Source: Saccostrea echinata (lineage: Eukaryota). Taken from it: a DNA stretch of 64,000 bases. The notes below the pieces were generated by a model. It saw only the letters and a list, made by a program, of their open reading frames with translations. It made no database searches and was not told the DNA's origin. A program made the position numbers and the translations under genes. Numbering within the stretch: the first letter of the stretch is position 1; each line of letters begins with the position of its first letter. Positions 38,101 to 51,175 of the stretch are shown one piece after another. The stretch covers positions 11,222,001-11,286,000 of the forward strand of contig NW_026889795.1 in the NCBI RefSeq assembly GCF_033153115.1. The letters run 5' to 3'.

Positions 38101-41100
38101 TAAAGAATCTAACCACAGATAATAGTAATATTTCAATTTATCATTTTTTTTTAAAGAATTATTCACTATATGATATTGAGGGGTTCTTATTTCTGCGAAT
38201 ATTATTTCCGCGAGCTAATTTCCTGCTGTACAGAATATGAAAGTCAGGGACAATTATTTATACCATATTTGTACAATGTGTATTTATAGGGTCCAAATTT
38301 TGTTTGGCATTTGGGTAAGTGTAATATTGCCTTCTTTTGGCTCATGAATGAAGAGTCAAAATCAATCCTGTTATTTATTTATTTATGTAACTTTTACAAT
38401 TTGATAAGATGAAAAGTAGGTTGTGTAATTTATTTTTAGCTCACCCCGATGATGTCGAGATGAGCTTATGCTTTACTGTTGGTGTGGGTGTTAGCGTCAC
38501 ATCCCTGTAAAAGTGTTAGGAGCAAGTCCATTTGGAAACTATAAGCCCTACCTGGACCAAACTTGCAGGAATGATGCATCTAGGGATGGACACTACCAGA
38601 CTTGCATCAGATGCTGGATCTTATTTACATTTTTCAGATGATTGACAAGGTTAATGTTTTTGAAGCAGCTTCATTCCTATACATGTCCATGTTACTATAA
38701 GCCCTACTTGGATCAAACTTGCATGGATGATGCTGGGATGTACACTACCCTTTCTGCTTCAAATGCTGGATTTGCCCTATATTTTCCAGATGAGTGAATT
38801 TTAGCCATACTTTAACTAAATTAGAATGGATGATGCTTCTAAGGATGGACACTCCAAGGCTTGGTAGAGATTGGGGCATCAGTGTTTCACAAACATATCA
38901 TTTATTTTATAGTAGATATCTGTCCTAAATGTCAGTCATGTCAAGAAAAGATATTTGAAATAGGTTTGAAATGCTTTAAAATTAAACAAATATATCAAAT
39001 GTCTTAACTTCTTATGAGACACCTGCAAGCAGAAATTAAACTGTTATTCCAAACATGAAACTGCATTTATAGATGGATATGACAAACTAAAGCCATATGG
39101 TATAAGCATTCATGGTTGCATTGATGGGTATGATTTGTTGTTTTGTTTGATTAATTTAAACATTCCACACTAATGATCAATGTATTCAAATACAATATGT
39201 TAAGTTATTTTTTTTTTTAAAGTAATTTCATGTGATTTTCGTAGTTTCATGTCTAAAACTTTTAATATTCTTTTGGACTGTATAATTGTGGACATATTGT
39301 TTTTGAAGCATTTCCTTTTCAATTAAAAAGATTTTTTGACGTGGTTTTATTTAATGTTAGTTCTACATGGATTTCTCATAAAAGTATAATAATTTCTGAA
39401 ATCAAATATTTTACTTAGATAAAAAAAGAAACCATCAAAATTTTAAATATTTTTTAAAAGCTCAAATGTGGTTTTCTAATTAAATTCTGTCCATCTGTCT
39501 GCTTGTCTGTCAGTATGCATTTAGCATTTCATATTTCTCAGAACCCTGGACCAATTTTAACTTGCCACAAAGCATCCTTGGGTGAGGGTTTTTTTTTCTT
39601 CCAGATGAACCATGCTCTTATACAGGGATTAGTTGAAAATATAGTGAATTAAAAAAAAAAACTTCCTCTCAAGAACCACTGGACCAGATGTAAAAGTTTC
39701 CTGACATAGTGTATATTCATTTATTTTTTCAATTATTATACCCCCACTCCAAATTAGAGGGGGGTATACTGTTTTACCCTTGTGTGTCTGTCCGTCTGTC
39801 CGTAACAAATTTTGGTCGCAGTTTTCTCAGCAACTACTCATTGCGGATGCTTGAAAATTTAGCACACTCTTTGTTTAGGTATGCCATGTGGTGGGATTCA
39901 TTTTTATACGAATCTGATGTCAACTTCTTGTTTATCCGTGTGTCTGTCCGTACCATACATAAGAAATTTTGGTCGCAGTTTTCTCAGCAACTACTCATCG
40001 CAGATGCTTGAAATTTTAACTCGCTCATTGTTTAGGCATGCTTTATGTTGCGAATCATTTTTGTACAAATCGATGTCAATTTCCTGATTATTACTGTGTC
40101 TGTCCATAACTGAACTTGTGTATTCACAACAGAGCGGGGGTATTATTAGTGAGCACTGGCTCACAGACTTCTTGTTATCTCTAGTTGTCTCTAGGGTTAT
40201 GGTGGGACAGGATCATTCAAAGTTTTACATAGGAAAATATATTACCGTAGGTAAATATATATATAAAAAAAAAATCTTTTGAAGGAAAGCAGCAGAGCCA
40301 ATCGGTGGCGGATCCAGGTATCTTGGAAAAGGAGGTGGGGTGCTGACCAGTTTGGGATTGGGGTAGAGGCCCACAGCCACACCCCAAAAAAATATGATTT
40401 CTTAAATCTTATGGATATTTTGACACAAAAGGGGGGCCCAGGCCCCCTCTAAATCTGCCACTGCCGATGATTAGTCTTGTTCAAATAGAAGCATTTCATA
40501 TCTGATATTTTTATGCCCCACCATGAATATGGCCAAAACATATATCATTTGCCATGTCTGTCTTCCGTACTTTGCTCTTTCCAACTTCTGTCTTTCCATC
40601 CTTCCATCATGTTCTTCCATCACACTTTTTAATAAGTTAAGGGTTTTAAAAATCTGGTATATTTACTTTCATGAGAAAGACTTGAATTTATTTGTTTAAT
40701 CTGCTGTATTGCAGATGTTGTTTTAAATTATTGATGGGATCAACAACATTCACATAAATGGAAAACTTTCGACTACAAAATCTAATTTCTTATTTTGCAT
40801 ATATATAAGAGAAAAATATAGTGTCTTTCTGAGATTGTACCACTTCTGTATTTTCAATTTATTTTGAAAGATTTTCCAGACAGTTGATATGGCTGGAAGC
40901 AGATGTGACTAATAAAAGACCGGAGGTTGTAGCAGAATACTTCCTGAATGCAGTTCATACTATGAAAGGTATAGTGACAGAATCACCAGGTACTATGTTT
41001 AATGACAAGTTACAATTGCAAGTGTGCTTCAAGAAATGTCAATTGATTTCTGAAATTAAGCCACCAAAATTTCAAAATACTTGTTATGAATTAGAAGGGA

Positions 41101-42134
41101 AGGCATATATTGATAACATCATAGTCTGTCTTTTAAGGTTGTCCTCAAAAGATAAGAGCTGATCCTGGCACAGAAAATGGGATCATCGCAACATTCCAAA
41201 CATTTCTTAAGACAGATCCAAGTGCAGTGTCTTTTGGAACTTCGACTGCAAATCAGGTTAGCATTGTACATGTTTTAAACAGCTCCACACCCCCAAAACA
41301 CACACAGATAACATTTTCTGGAAAGAAAATCATATGTCCAAGTTTTAATAACGTTTTTTACAAACATTAATTGTAGAGAATTGAAAGATTTTGGGGCATT
41401 TTAAGGCAAATGAAAGCAGATTTCTGGATGGATCATTTCAAAGTAAGTTGTTGCCACATCTGAAATATTACAAAAATGTTTCTCTTAATTTATTTAGGAA
41501 AACAAGTATTTTACTGACAAAAGTTACATTTTACAGTGTGTTAAAGCTGAACACGACTCGTAAATAGGCATACGCCATTTTCGATATTACTATCTTAGAT
41601 ATCAGCACCAGGGTATACTCTTCGGATTCGTTACACGTGACTGCTTTATTGTCACGGGTATCGGTGTGGAATGGCGACCCATGTTTGTGCTGGTTATCAC
41701 GCATTCCCTTTGTTTACATTTTATTGCAGTTGAGTATATTTGTGTTTGTTTGTATACTGCGCTGACCTGTGTAACTGTTGTAAATCTCTTTGGTATCTTA
41801 CTCTCCTGCATTATTTAGAAGAAGCACACAGTTATTTTGTCGCTACCAAGTGTTGTATAGCATACGTCCGTCTACACCGATGATGATTGATTACATTGAA
41901 CAGTGACCAAGTGAGCGACTCTATATATAGGGGCCCTCAGATACAGCCCGAGTCCAATCAAATATGTCGGACGCATTCTTTTTACGAAGCGTGTTCAGCT
42001 TTAACTATGCATGTACTTCGTTTATGGTAATATGTGCATAGTAAATATAAAAAAATACGAAAATATATCTTGGGAATTTATTATTAGGGATTGGTGTATG
42101 AAGAACTGCTGGAAATAGGAAATCCTCTACATAA
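35153..42134 (+). pseudogene. Broken copy of the DDE transposase (exons 1-11 only)
   Basis: Same exons as 12250-20478 in reverse. The exon-2 donor is changed GT>AT (GACATAAG|ATATT at 36081). A ~1.57-kb deletion with its junction at ~42272 removes exons 12-13. Confidence 0.85.
41541..42004. mobile_element. Kolobok-like MITE (TTAA flanks, AG..CT ends) in transposase intron 10; reduced to 13986-14054 in copy 1
   Basis: TTAA-AGCTGAACACG ... CGTGTTCAGCT-TTAA in both copies. Confidence 0.6.
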
Positions 42135-43800
42135 GTATGTATAGATGAAAAAGGAGTTCAGATGAACCTCTTTGAAAAGAAATATTAGATGTACATGTCT
42201 ATTTATTTTGTCTTGGATAAGAATGATACCCTGTCATTGATAATAAAGTGTCATCTATATCTCTGTAAATGGCAAGATAGTTACATGTACTGGCTTATAG
42301 CAGGAAGAAATACTTTGTTCAAAATCTAGAAATACTATAGATATATGCCCCCTTATCTTTTTTTTTAAACTTTAGAATATCAATTTCATTCATTGATATT
42401 TTCTCTTTATGTTAGCAATATTTTTTTGATACCTGATGTATTATGTTATACTTATTGTACTTCAAGGATGCTCTGTTTTCATTTCCATCAAGGATAAAAG
42501 AAGTGAATGTGTATAATTAACTGAATTTCTCAGCAATATTTTTTAGAGGGGAGAGTTGAAATAAGCTTTTCACACCTTATCTATAGGCCCACTATAAAAC
42601 ACACTGAAATGTATTGATTAAAGCTTTTAGTATAATGAGGAAATTTAGAATGAACCACTCTTACTTCATATATATATTTGAACAATATAGTATTTATTTG
42701 ACTCTTTATGCCCCCAAAATAAAAAATTTCATATTTCACAGGTGTATTCCTTGTTACAAAATCTTTGGGTACCACCAAATTTGACCTCGTGACCTTGACC
42801 TTGTAGTGTGACCTTGTAGTGTGACCCACTTTTACAAAAAATTGCCAAACTTTAACCTTGGCCATAACTTTTGAACAGTTGGTGCTAGGGCTTTCACACT
42901 TAATATGTGTTTTGTTATTTAAGTTTATAGTCTTCATCATGATTCTTTAATAGCCTTGTGTATATACTTGTACATTATATATGTTTAATTAAATACATGA
43001 AGTAAATATGTAATGATATTTGTTTGTTTGAATCCTCATTGAAAGACTTGTATATTTGTGTTGCTTGAAAAAAGAGGGCATGCCATTTTAAGCAGTCAGT
43101 TGGTCTGATCAGTATCAGGCCCGTAGGAAGCAATTTCACTTTGAGGGGGCACAACCATACATTTTCAGTTGGGGGGCACTATCAACTACCAAAATTCCTT
43201 GACAAGCAAAAAAAAAAAAGGTCATCGGACGTTATTATTGAGGGGGCACAAGCATATAGTAGCTACATGTATATTTTCTATAGTACATTGTATTCTATAT
43301 ATTGGCAAAATTATTGGGGGGTGGGGGGGGGGAACTGGCCCGGTTCTTACAGCCATGAGTATCTTGAGAATCTCTTGATTGATCGTCATCAAACTTATAA
43401 ACTGGTCCCCCTCTGGATAAGTTAAGAGGTTGGAAGGTCGAGGGTCAAACTATTAGTTATATGTTACCGTTATATGTACTGGCAAAACATCAAGTAACAA
43501 TGAAGGAAAGATTAAAGATAACTAGCTTTTATAAATTTATTGTACAATTCCCTTACATTCATATGAATTTAACATCACTTCTATGTGTAATTCATGTACA
43601 CGTTTTTTTTTTCAGACACATTTGTTAGATCAGGCAATGAATCCTACTTTGTATGTTCCTATAAACATCTACCGAGTAATCAGTGTATACATATTGTTAC
43701 AGTAAGATGAGGTCAAGGTGACTTTCCATTAACCATTGTGACCTAAGCATAGTCATTTTGTCTTAATATATGAAGCTATTTCGTATTTCAGACTACACAA

Positions 43801-45069
43801 ATGTCAGTTCTTGGGAGAAAGTTAATACAAGCCTTCAGAGACCAGAGACTTTGCGACGTAAAGTTAAAGCTTCAAGATAATTCCATCATTGAAGCCCATA
43901 AAATTGTATTAATTCTTGGATCAAAATGGTTTGAGGCCCGGCTTTGTGGAAAGTGGAATCATGCCAGTGATGAATCAAACATAACTCAGTTTGATGTTCA
44001 TTCTATTCAACATACAAAGGAAATGTTAGAGTTCTTGTACACTTCTGAAATACACATTACTTTAGATAATGTAGAAGAGATTTACCAGATTGCTGACTAT
44101 TATAGTGTTACTGAACTTATGGAAAAATGTTGCATATTCTTAGAACAAAACATATCAAAAAATACTGTTCTTAAAATTTTAACTATTTCTCATGAAAACA
44201 GCATAACGGATATCAAAAACAAAGGCCTTGAATTTTTAGACAAACACATTGAAGAAGTATTAAGTATAACTACTGAAGAATTCCAAGAAATTCCTCTGGA
44301 ATTACTCTTGAATATTGTTAAAAGAGACAGTCTCTGCATACATGAGGAACTTCTATTTAATCACATCAATCTTTGGACTAAAAAAGTTAAAGAAGAAGAC
44401 ATTCCCCACACCTGGCATGACATAAGTCCCTTTCTAAGGTTCGGAATGATGTCAATGGACTTTTTTTTGGAAAATATTGTTAATAAAGGCATAATTGACA
44501 ATGAATTATCTTTGAAGATCATGGTGTACTTTTCAACAGTTGAACAACAACCAGTACCAGAACAGCACTCCAAGATAAGATGTCTAATAACAGACCAGGA
44601 CATAATTATCAATCGCTTTTTACGTCACAGTCTACATCCTACATGGGTTGTTGATAATTCCCTAAATGGGGACAGGATATCATTCACTATAAACTTAGAT
44701 ACTTTCTATTTAAGAGGAATATTTGTTTACGGTACAGAGACTGTATGTGAAGCAGGTCTTTTGGTTTCCATGTATCTTTATACTGGAAATGGCCAGCTTT
44801 TAGGAAAAAGCCAAACTTAGCAGAAAACTCAGAACTACAAAGAAATTCCAGTAATATTTCCAAAACCATTGCTTCTTGTTAAAGACACCGTTTATAGAGT
44901 AGTTGTGCGGATAAGTGGAGGGCCCACTTATAATGGTGTAGGTGGCTTGTCGACTATAAATGTTCAAATGGGGGAGACAAGCACTCTAAAAATTACTTTC
45001 CAAGATGCTTTTGGAGAAACAAATGTACAAACGGGGCAAATTAAGGGGCTCATTTTGAGAAAACGTTAA
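43801..45069 (+). pseudogene. BTB-BACK-PHR copy with a premature stop in the PHR domain
   Basis: Near-identical to 9362-10630. AAG>TAG at 44818-44820 (GKGQTKQK becomes GKSQT*). The rest continues in frame to 45069. Confidence 0.88.
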
Positions 45070-47211
45070 AATAATGAGTTTACAAGCTAAATCTTGAGGT
45101 CAAAGTTATGAGTGGCAATAGAAACATTATTAATTGTTCAATTCATACCTTTCTCTTTATATATTTCATTATTATTCACCATACAAAAATTATAATAAAA
45201 GGTCACTTTTATTTCAAATCCTTTTATTTAGTGCACATGTATTTCTGTATAATTATATAGCCTTACTTTGTAATAAGTACATGCGTTTAAAAAATCAACT
45301 ACCCGGTAAAATGTTCTTCCCTCAACACACCTGTAATATTGCCTTGTATAACATCAATACATCACTAGACATATATCCACCAAAGGAATTTAGAGGTAAT
45401 CTACTCCTGGACATTTCTCATACAATGACAAATTAAAGAAAGAGGACCAAGGGCCTTGAATCACTCTTCTGATAAATTGTACAACATACCTATCACTTGT
45501 ATTTGAAGCCTCATAGTATTCTATTTATCTAGATAAAACCTTGAAATTCTAAAAGTAGGTCATTGTTACCTTCATTTTGGTTAACACACTCTGAGAACCC
45601 AAGATGCATCAACTGACAAAGCTTGATGATTCAAAGCATTATATTATTTGAAATATTTAAATATTACCTTGAAATTCCAAAAGTAGATCACTGTGTCCTT
45701 CTTTTTAATTGAATTATTTTGAGGACCCAAGATGAAGCAACTGACAAAGTTTGCTGATTTTAAGCCAATTGGTATCTGAAAATATTCAAAAAAGTAGGTC
45801 ACTGTGGCCTACTTTTGAGTCAACTTAATATGTAACCTAAGATGCATCAATTGACAAGACTTGATGACCCTTTGCCTTACAGGAAGCAAAATATCAAAGT
45901 TTTGACAAAACATAATCTACAACATATCCTCATTCTTGTATGCAAGTTTTGTGATAATCTGCCCCGTGCTTCTTGAGAAGATTTGTTTAGCGACCTGTAC
46001 TTTTTATATCATTTTCCCAATTATCTTCCCTTGCTTAAGGGTCACAACCCTGTTTTTAGTATAAATGAGAGCCAATTGACCAGAGATACTCTGACAATTT
46101 GACAAAAATTGGTCAAGGGGTTCTCGAGTTATGGCCCATATTCCTAAAAGTTGATGCACACTGCACAAATTGCCATAGCATTAGCTCTTTGAAGCCTTCT
46201 GCTCAGAAGAGCTAATAATATCATGATCCAATAAACTTAAGATACCACATCTAAGGGCAAATGATGAAAAGTCGGAGATAATGGTCACTTTAAAGTGCTT
46301 GTCTTAAACAATTCATTGAAAAGAATTTGCTTCCATGTAAAATTGATTTCTGTTTTGTAAGATTTTTCTTATTTATACCCATGTAAAACTTTGATGAAGC
46401 ATAGTGGCCACACCCTACCCCAGGGTTATGTTTTAAATAAACTTGAATCCACATTACCTGTGGATGCTGCAATATAAATGACTAATCTTTTGTTGTTCTT
46501 GAGAAGATTATTGATGATTTTTCCTATATATACCATGCAAGACTTTGACCACCCATGGAGGCCCCATCCTATCCCAGGGGGTCATGATTTAAACAATTTA
46601 GAATTTACACTATCCCAGTATGCATCCATTTAAGTTTCGGCTTTTCTGGCCAAGTGGTTCTTGAGAATTTTTAATGACCCCACCCTATTTTTGTCTTCTC
46701 TTGATTATCTCCCCTTGTAAGGGGGCTTGGCTCTTCATTTTAACAATTTAAACTTCATTTTACCCAAGAATGCTTTGTACCAACTCTGCTTAAAATCAGC
46801 CTAGTAGTTCTTGGAAAGTTAAAAATGTGAAATGTTTACAGACGGATGGATGGACAGCTAAATGGTCGGACAGACAATTGGTGATCAGAAAAGCTCAACT
46901 GAGCTTTCAGTTGAGATGAACTAAAAACAAAACCATCAAGTCTTTATTTCTCAATCAGCAAAATAAAGACACATATTACAAAGCAACTCATTTGTATACC
47001 CAACAAAATAGCTTACTGTGATGGAATGAAAACAAAATGATATACACTATATGCCTGACCATTTCATGGTTGGGGGCATAAAAATACTGAATAGTCTTCT
47101 GATAGAAATTGTTTACGATAGACAGGCATTCTGATTTCAGTAAACTTTGGTTAAGAGTTTAATCAAAAGATGAACACAAATAAACCGGACAGTTATGTAG
47201 AACCCGCAAGT

Positions 47212-50200
47212 CTAGTTTTTCTTTAAAAGCACAGTTCCATAAAATGTCATGGTTTCATCCACCAGATAATTCTGAAATGTATACATATAAAAGAATAAAA
47301 TTGTTCATTAACATCAGTAGCTGTCAAACTGTAGATTTATGATTTTACACAACCTTTGACCATGGTCTTTGACCATTACGCTGCAAATCTCAGTGCAATT
47401 TATGTCACAAGATTTTCTGCGCATGGTATGGGAGAATTCTCCACTTTCCAGCATTGGTCAACCTTTCATTTCGTAATTCCAGGCACATTCTTTAACCAAC
47501 CTGTATATTTTATTCATTTTGTAACCCTTGTTACAGTCGTCCCTACCAACGAATAAACTCAATTGTTTTGAATTTTCTGCCATCCTACAAGAAATTCAAA
47601 ACAATTGAGTATATTGGTCATCCCCCCACCATGTGCAGAAAATCTTGCGATGTAAATTTGACCATATTTGCATCACAGGATCTGTAGTGTTATGGTCAAA
47701 GACTAAAATATAAAACCTTAATGCAACAGTTCTGAAGCTATGACATCAGTTATCAGCAAAAAAAGCTGATGAAAAATATTTTAGAACCTTTTTTTCTGAG
47801 AAAGAAATTAAAATATATGAAGTAAGTTTTGTTTCACTGCAAGCATCAAGACTCAAGTTTTTCTTTTATGGAAGTACAGAGTAAAGGAATAAAACATGTT
47901 TAAAAGATTTATGTATAATTTTCTTACCCCCTCTTTCAATACCAACAATGATGGCAATTTATCAATTGGCATTTCAAAACAATCTGTGAGCTCGAAACAG
48001 TGAATGCATTCTCTTTCTGTACAGGTGGTTGGTGAAATGCATTCCAAATGGAATACAGAAGGGAGAATTTCTGGGTCAATAATCTGACAAATAAATGTGT
48101 ACACACTCTGAAAAAAAAAGAACCATCAATATACAAAGGTGCAAGACTTCTTTCTGGAAAAAAAATTTCAATTATTATCTTTTATGTGAGATCCATTTTT
48201 CTGTTGCTCCACTGTGATGTTAAATAATTGTCCAATTACTGTTGTTTTGTGTGAATAAGACAGCTTAATATGTGCATTAAAAGTACATTAAATTCAGAGG
48301 AAAATATATTTCTATTCATTTAATATGCTATGAGATGTATACATTCAAAACACCATTCACTCCAAAATTGCAGATGGTGACCTACATGTACATACCAGAG
48401 CTGCTTGAACATTTTTTTAATGCCATATTATATCCAAAATTTGTAGACATTTTTAAAAATTAAATTCGAATTCTTTCAATTTGAAATTTAGAATTGCCAA
48501 AAATTTATTACTCTACTATCAAATACTCACTTATAGTGAGAAAATCATTCTCAAATTTGCTGGCTACTAGAGTATCCCATTGATGACTTTTCATCATATT
48601 ACGTATCATTTCAATTTATTTCTTACATGTAACAACTCATGATGGCCAAGTTAGTATCTATCTAAAAAAATGTTACTTTAAATCCAAATCATGTAATAAG
48701 AAGAAAATTGATTCACTAGTAATAACTCTTGTTAAATACATATACAAGGATTACTGTCTTCATTATGTTTATGATATGATAATGTGCACTTTTCATGCAT
48801 CATATGTATCATACCTGTACTGTGTCTGTATGATGAAAGGCCCTAGAAAATGACATTCCCCCATGATTTTCATACACCACAGTCACCATCTTTCCATTGT
48901 CTGGGAATGTCAAGGCTATTCCGTCTGCCATCTTGAAGTTGAAAAGCAATTTAAAATTATGATTAATAGGCCTTTCGGTTCCTAATATGACCTCCAAATA
49001 CTTTTGAAAACAAGAGCCCATAAGCCATAAAATTCAACCAAGAGACGGTTGCCTTGTTGATCTTTAGAAGATTTTGCATTTTTCCCCTTTCCACTCCCAT
49101 AAAAATTTTAATCCTATATTTGGCCCAAATCTAGCCCCAAGAGAATGTGATTTACTAAGTCTGATTCAACATGTTGGATGCTTTAATTCCAAAATGACTA
49201 ACATGGTCTTAATGTTCAGGAGGAGATTTTTTTTTTACAGATTTCTTTTTTTCTTCTATATTTTCACCTGTGAACCTTTGATCTTCTATTCTGGCATCTC
49301 CTTACTTACCCTTGAAGGCCTAATATGAATTTGGTTGAAATTAGCCTACTGGTTCTGGAGATCGAATATAGGTTTAGAGACATACCAGGTACAAAACTTA
49401 CCCTTCTAGACAGAATTAACAATTCCAAGCATTAACATAATACTTTATGTAAGTCCAATTAATTTTTTTTCCAACAGCCCTTGATCATTTAAGGGCAAAT
49501 AAAGTAGTTTACATTGTACTATGTGTGCAAGTACATGTACTGGGAAATAGGGTTTACTAAGGATTACTGAGAAGTAAGTTATGAGCAGTGAACTTCTTCA
49601 AGTGAACACTTCAAGACAATATACCGTATAGCGGGGTGCTAATTTTGGCTTATCTTAGTGGTTTGGTAGTAGCCCGCTAAAATTTTAATCACTAAAATAT
49701 TCAGTATTCTTCTTAGTGTTCTTTTGCAATGTGTTCAAACCCTGTGTCCGCTAAAATTAATTACGCCAAAATGATTGGCATAAATTTGAACAGGCAAAAC
49801 GCCAAATTTTACACCCGCCAAGAAATCCCGCTATACGATAACTGTATCATAATGTCAAACCTCCTTTCTCTTTATCTTCTTTTCCAAGACCTACAATAAA
49901 GAAAAATTTGCTGATGTATCCATACTTGTATAAAAAAGTATTCTTGGGAAAAACTAAAAAAATAAATAGTACTTTTTAAAGATATTTAATATGGTATACA
50001 CTTACATCACAAAATGCTGCTACTTCTATGTCCATTAGCTGAAAATAATCAAAGAATCTGATATACATGTATACATGTTGAGAAACTGCCACTTTTATGA
50101 TTTCTCATTTGATTGATTACTTTTTGATATTAAGAACAAGATAGCAGTAAACATATATAATACATGTATTCAATATTGACAACTTACTGGCAAATCCTCT

Positions 50201-51099
50201 AATACCGGTACATCCTCCTTCGAAAGCTGAAAGAAAGAACAGTAAATACATTTATGCCCTGTTCACACCGAGAATTTACTAGTAATCTGAATCAAATGTA
50301 AGTTACAGCAAATTAAATTTGAATCCCATTTACACGGAGATTACAAATTAATTTAATTTGAATTAAATTACTGTGCATCAAATTACTCCGCATTAGCTCT
50401 TTAGATAATTAGAATTAAAATTCTGACACGTGCTTAATGGCTAAATCAAGTCGCATGCCACATGTCAGTGGTCAGATATAGGTACTTATGCTATTTTTTT
50501 TTTAGTGAAAAACAAAGTGAAATTATGCTTATCACTGAAATGATTACAGTCACCATGACATTATGTCTAATGGATCTGCTCTGCACAATGTGAAGTGATT
50601 TGCAAATGACATCATGATAGCATTATACAACATGTGCAAATCTAGGGGGGTGGGGTGGGGTCGAGGTCCCTAAAAGGACCTTGGACGCCTCACTAGCAAA
50701 GCGCAGACCCCTGTTAAGTAAAGTGGGTATGAAAAGTCATACATATAAAGCTTAAGAAATGAATGGGAACATGCATTATTTCACTTCTCATTAATTTACT
50801 GCAAATTAAAACTCCCTGTGTGAACAGGTCATTACATTAACTATCTCATTCCAAATCATTATTAAGGAAAAACTAGACTAGTGAAGTTTTAAGGAAAAAA
50901 GTAGATTGCTTGATGTTAAATTGTTGCTTATTTCAATATCATAATCATTTCTATACACATATGTATAAATGTATTGTTTAAAGATAACAAATATGTGTAC
51001 TTAGTATACATTATATTTTACATACAGCATCAGACTTAGGATCTGTATTAATGTCTGAAGAAAGAGAGGGTACCTCAATGTCCGGTAGCTCATCAGAAA

Positions 51100-51175
<76 letters not shown>

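Noticed and set aside
41560-41950. Possible solo LTR (TATA-like and AATAAA motifs on the minus strand)
   Set aside because: No clean TG..CA ends; better explained as the interior of the TTAA-flanked MITE.
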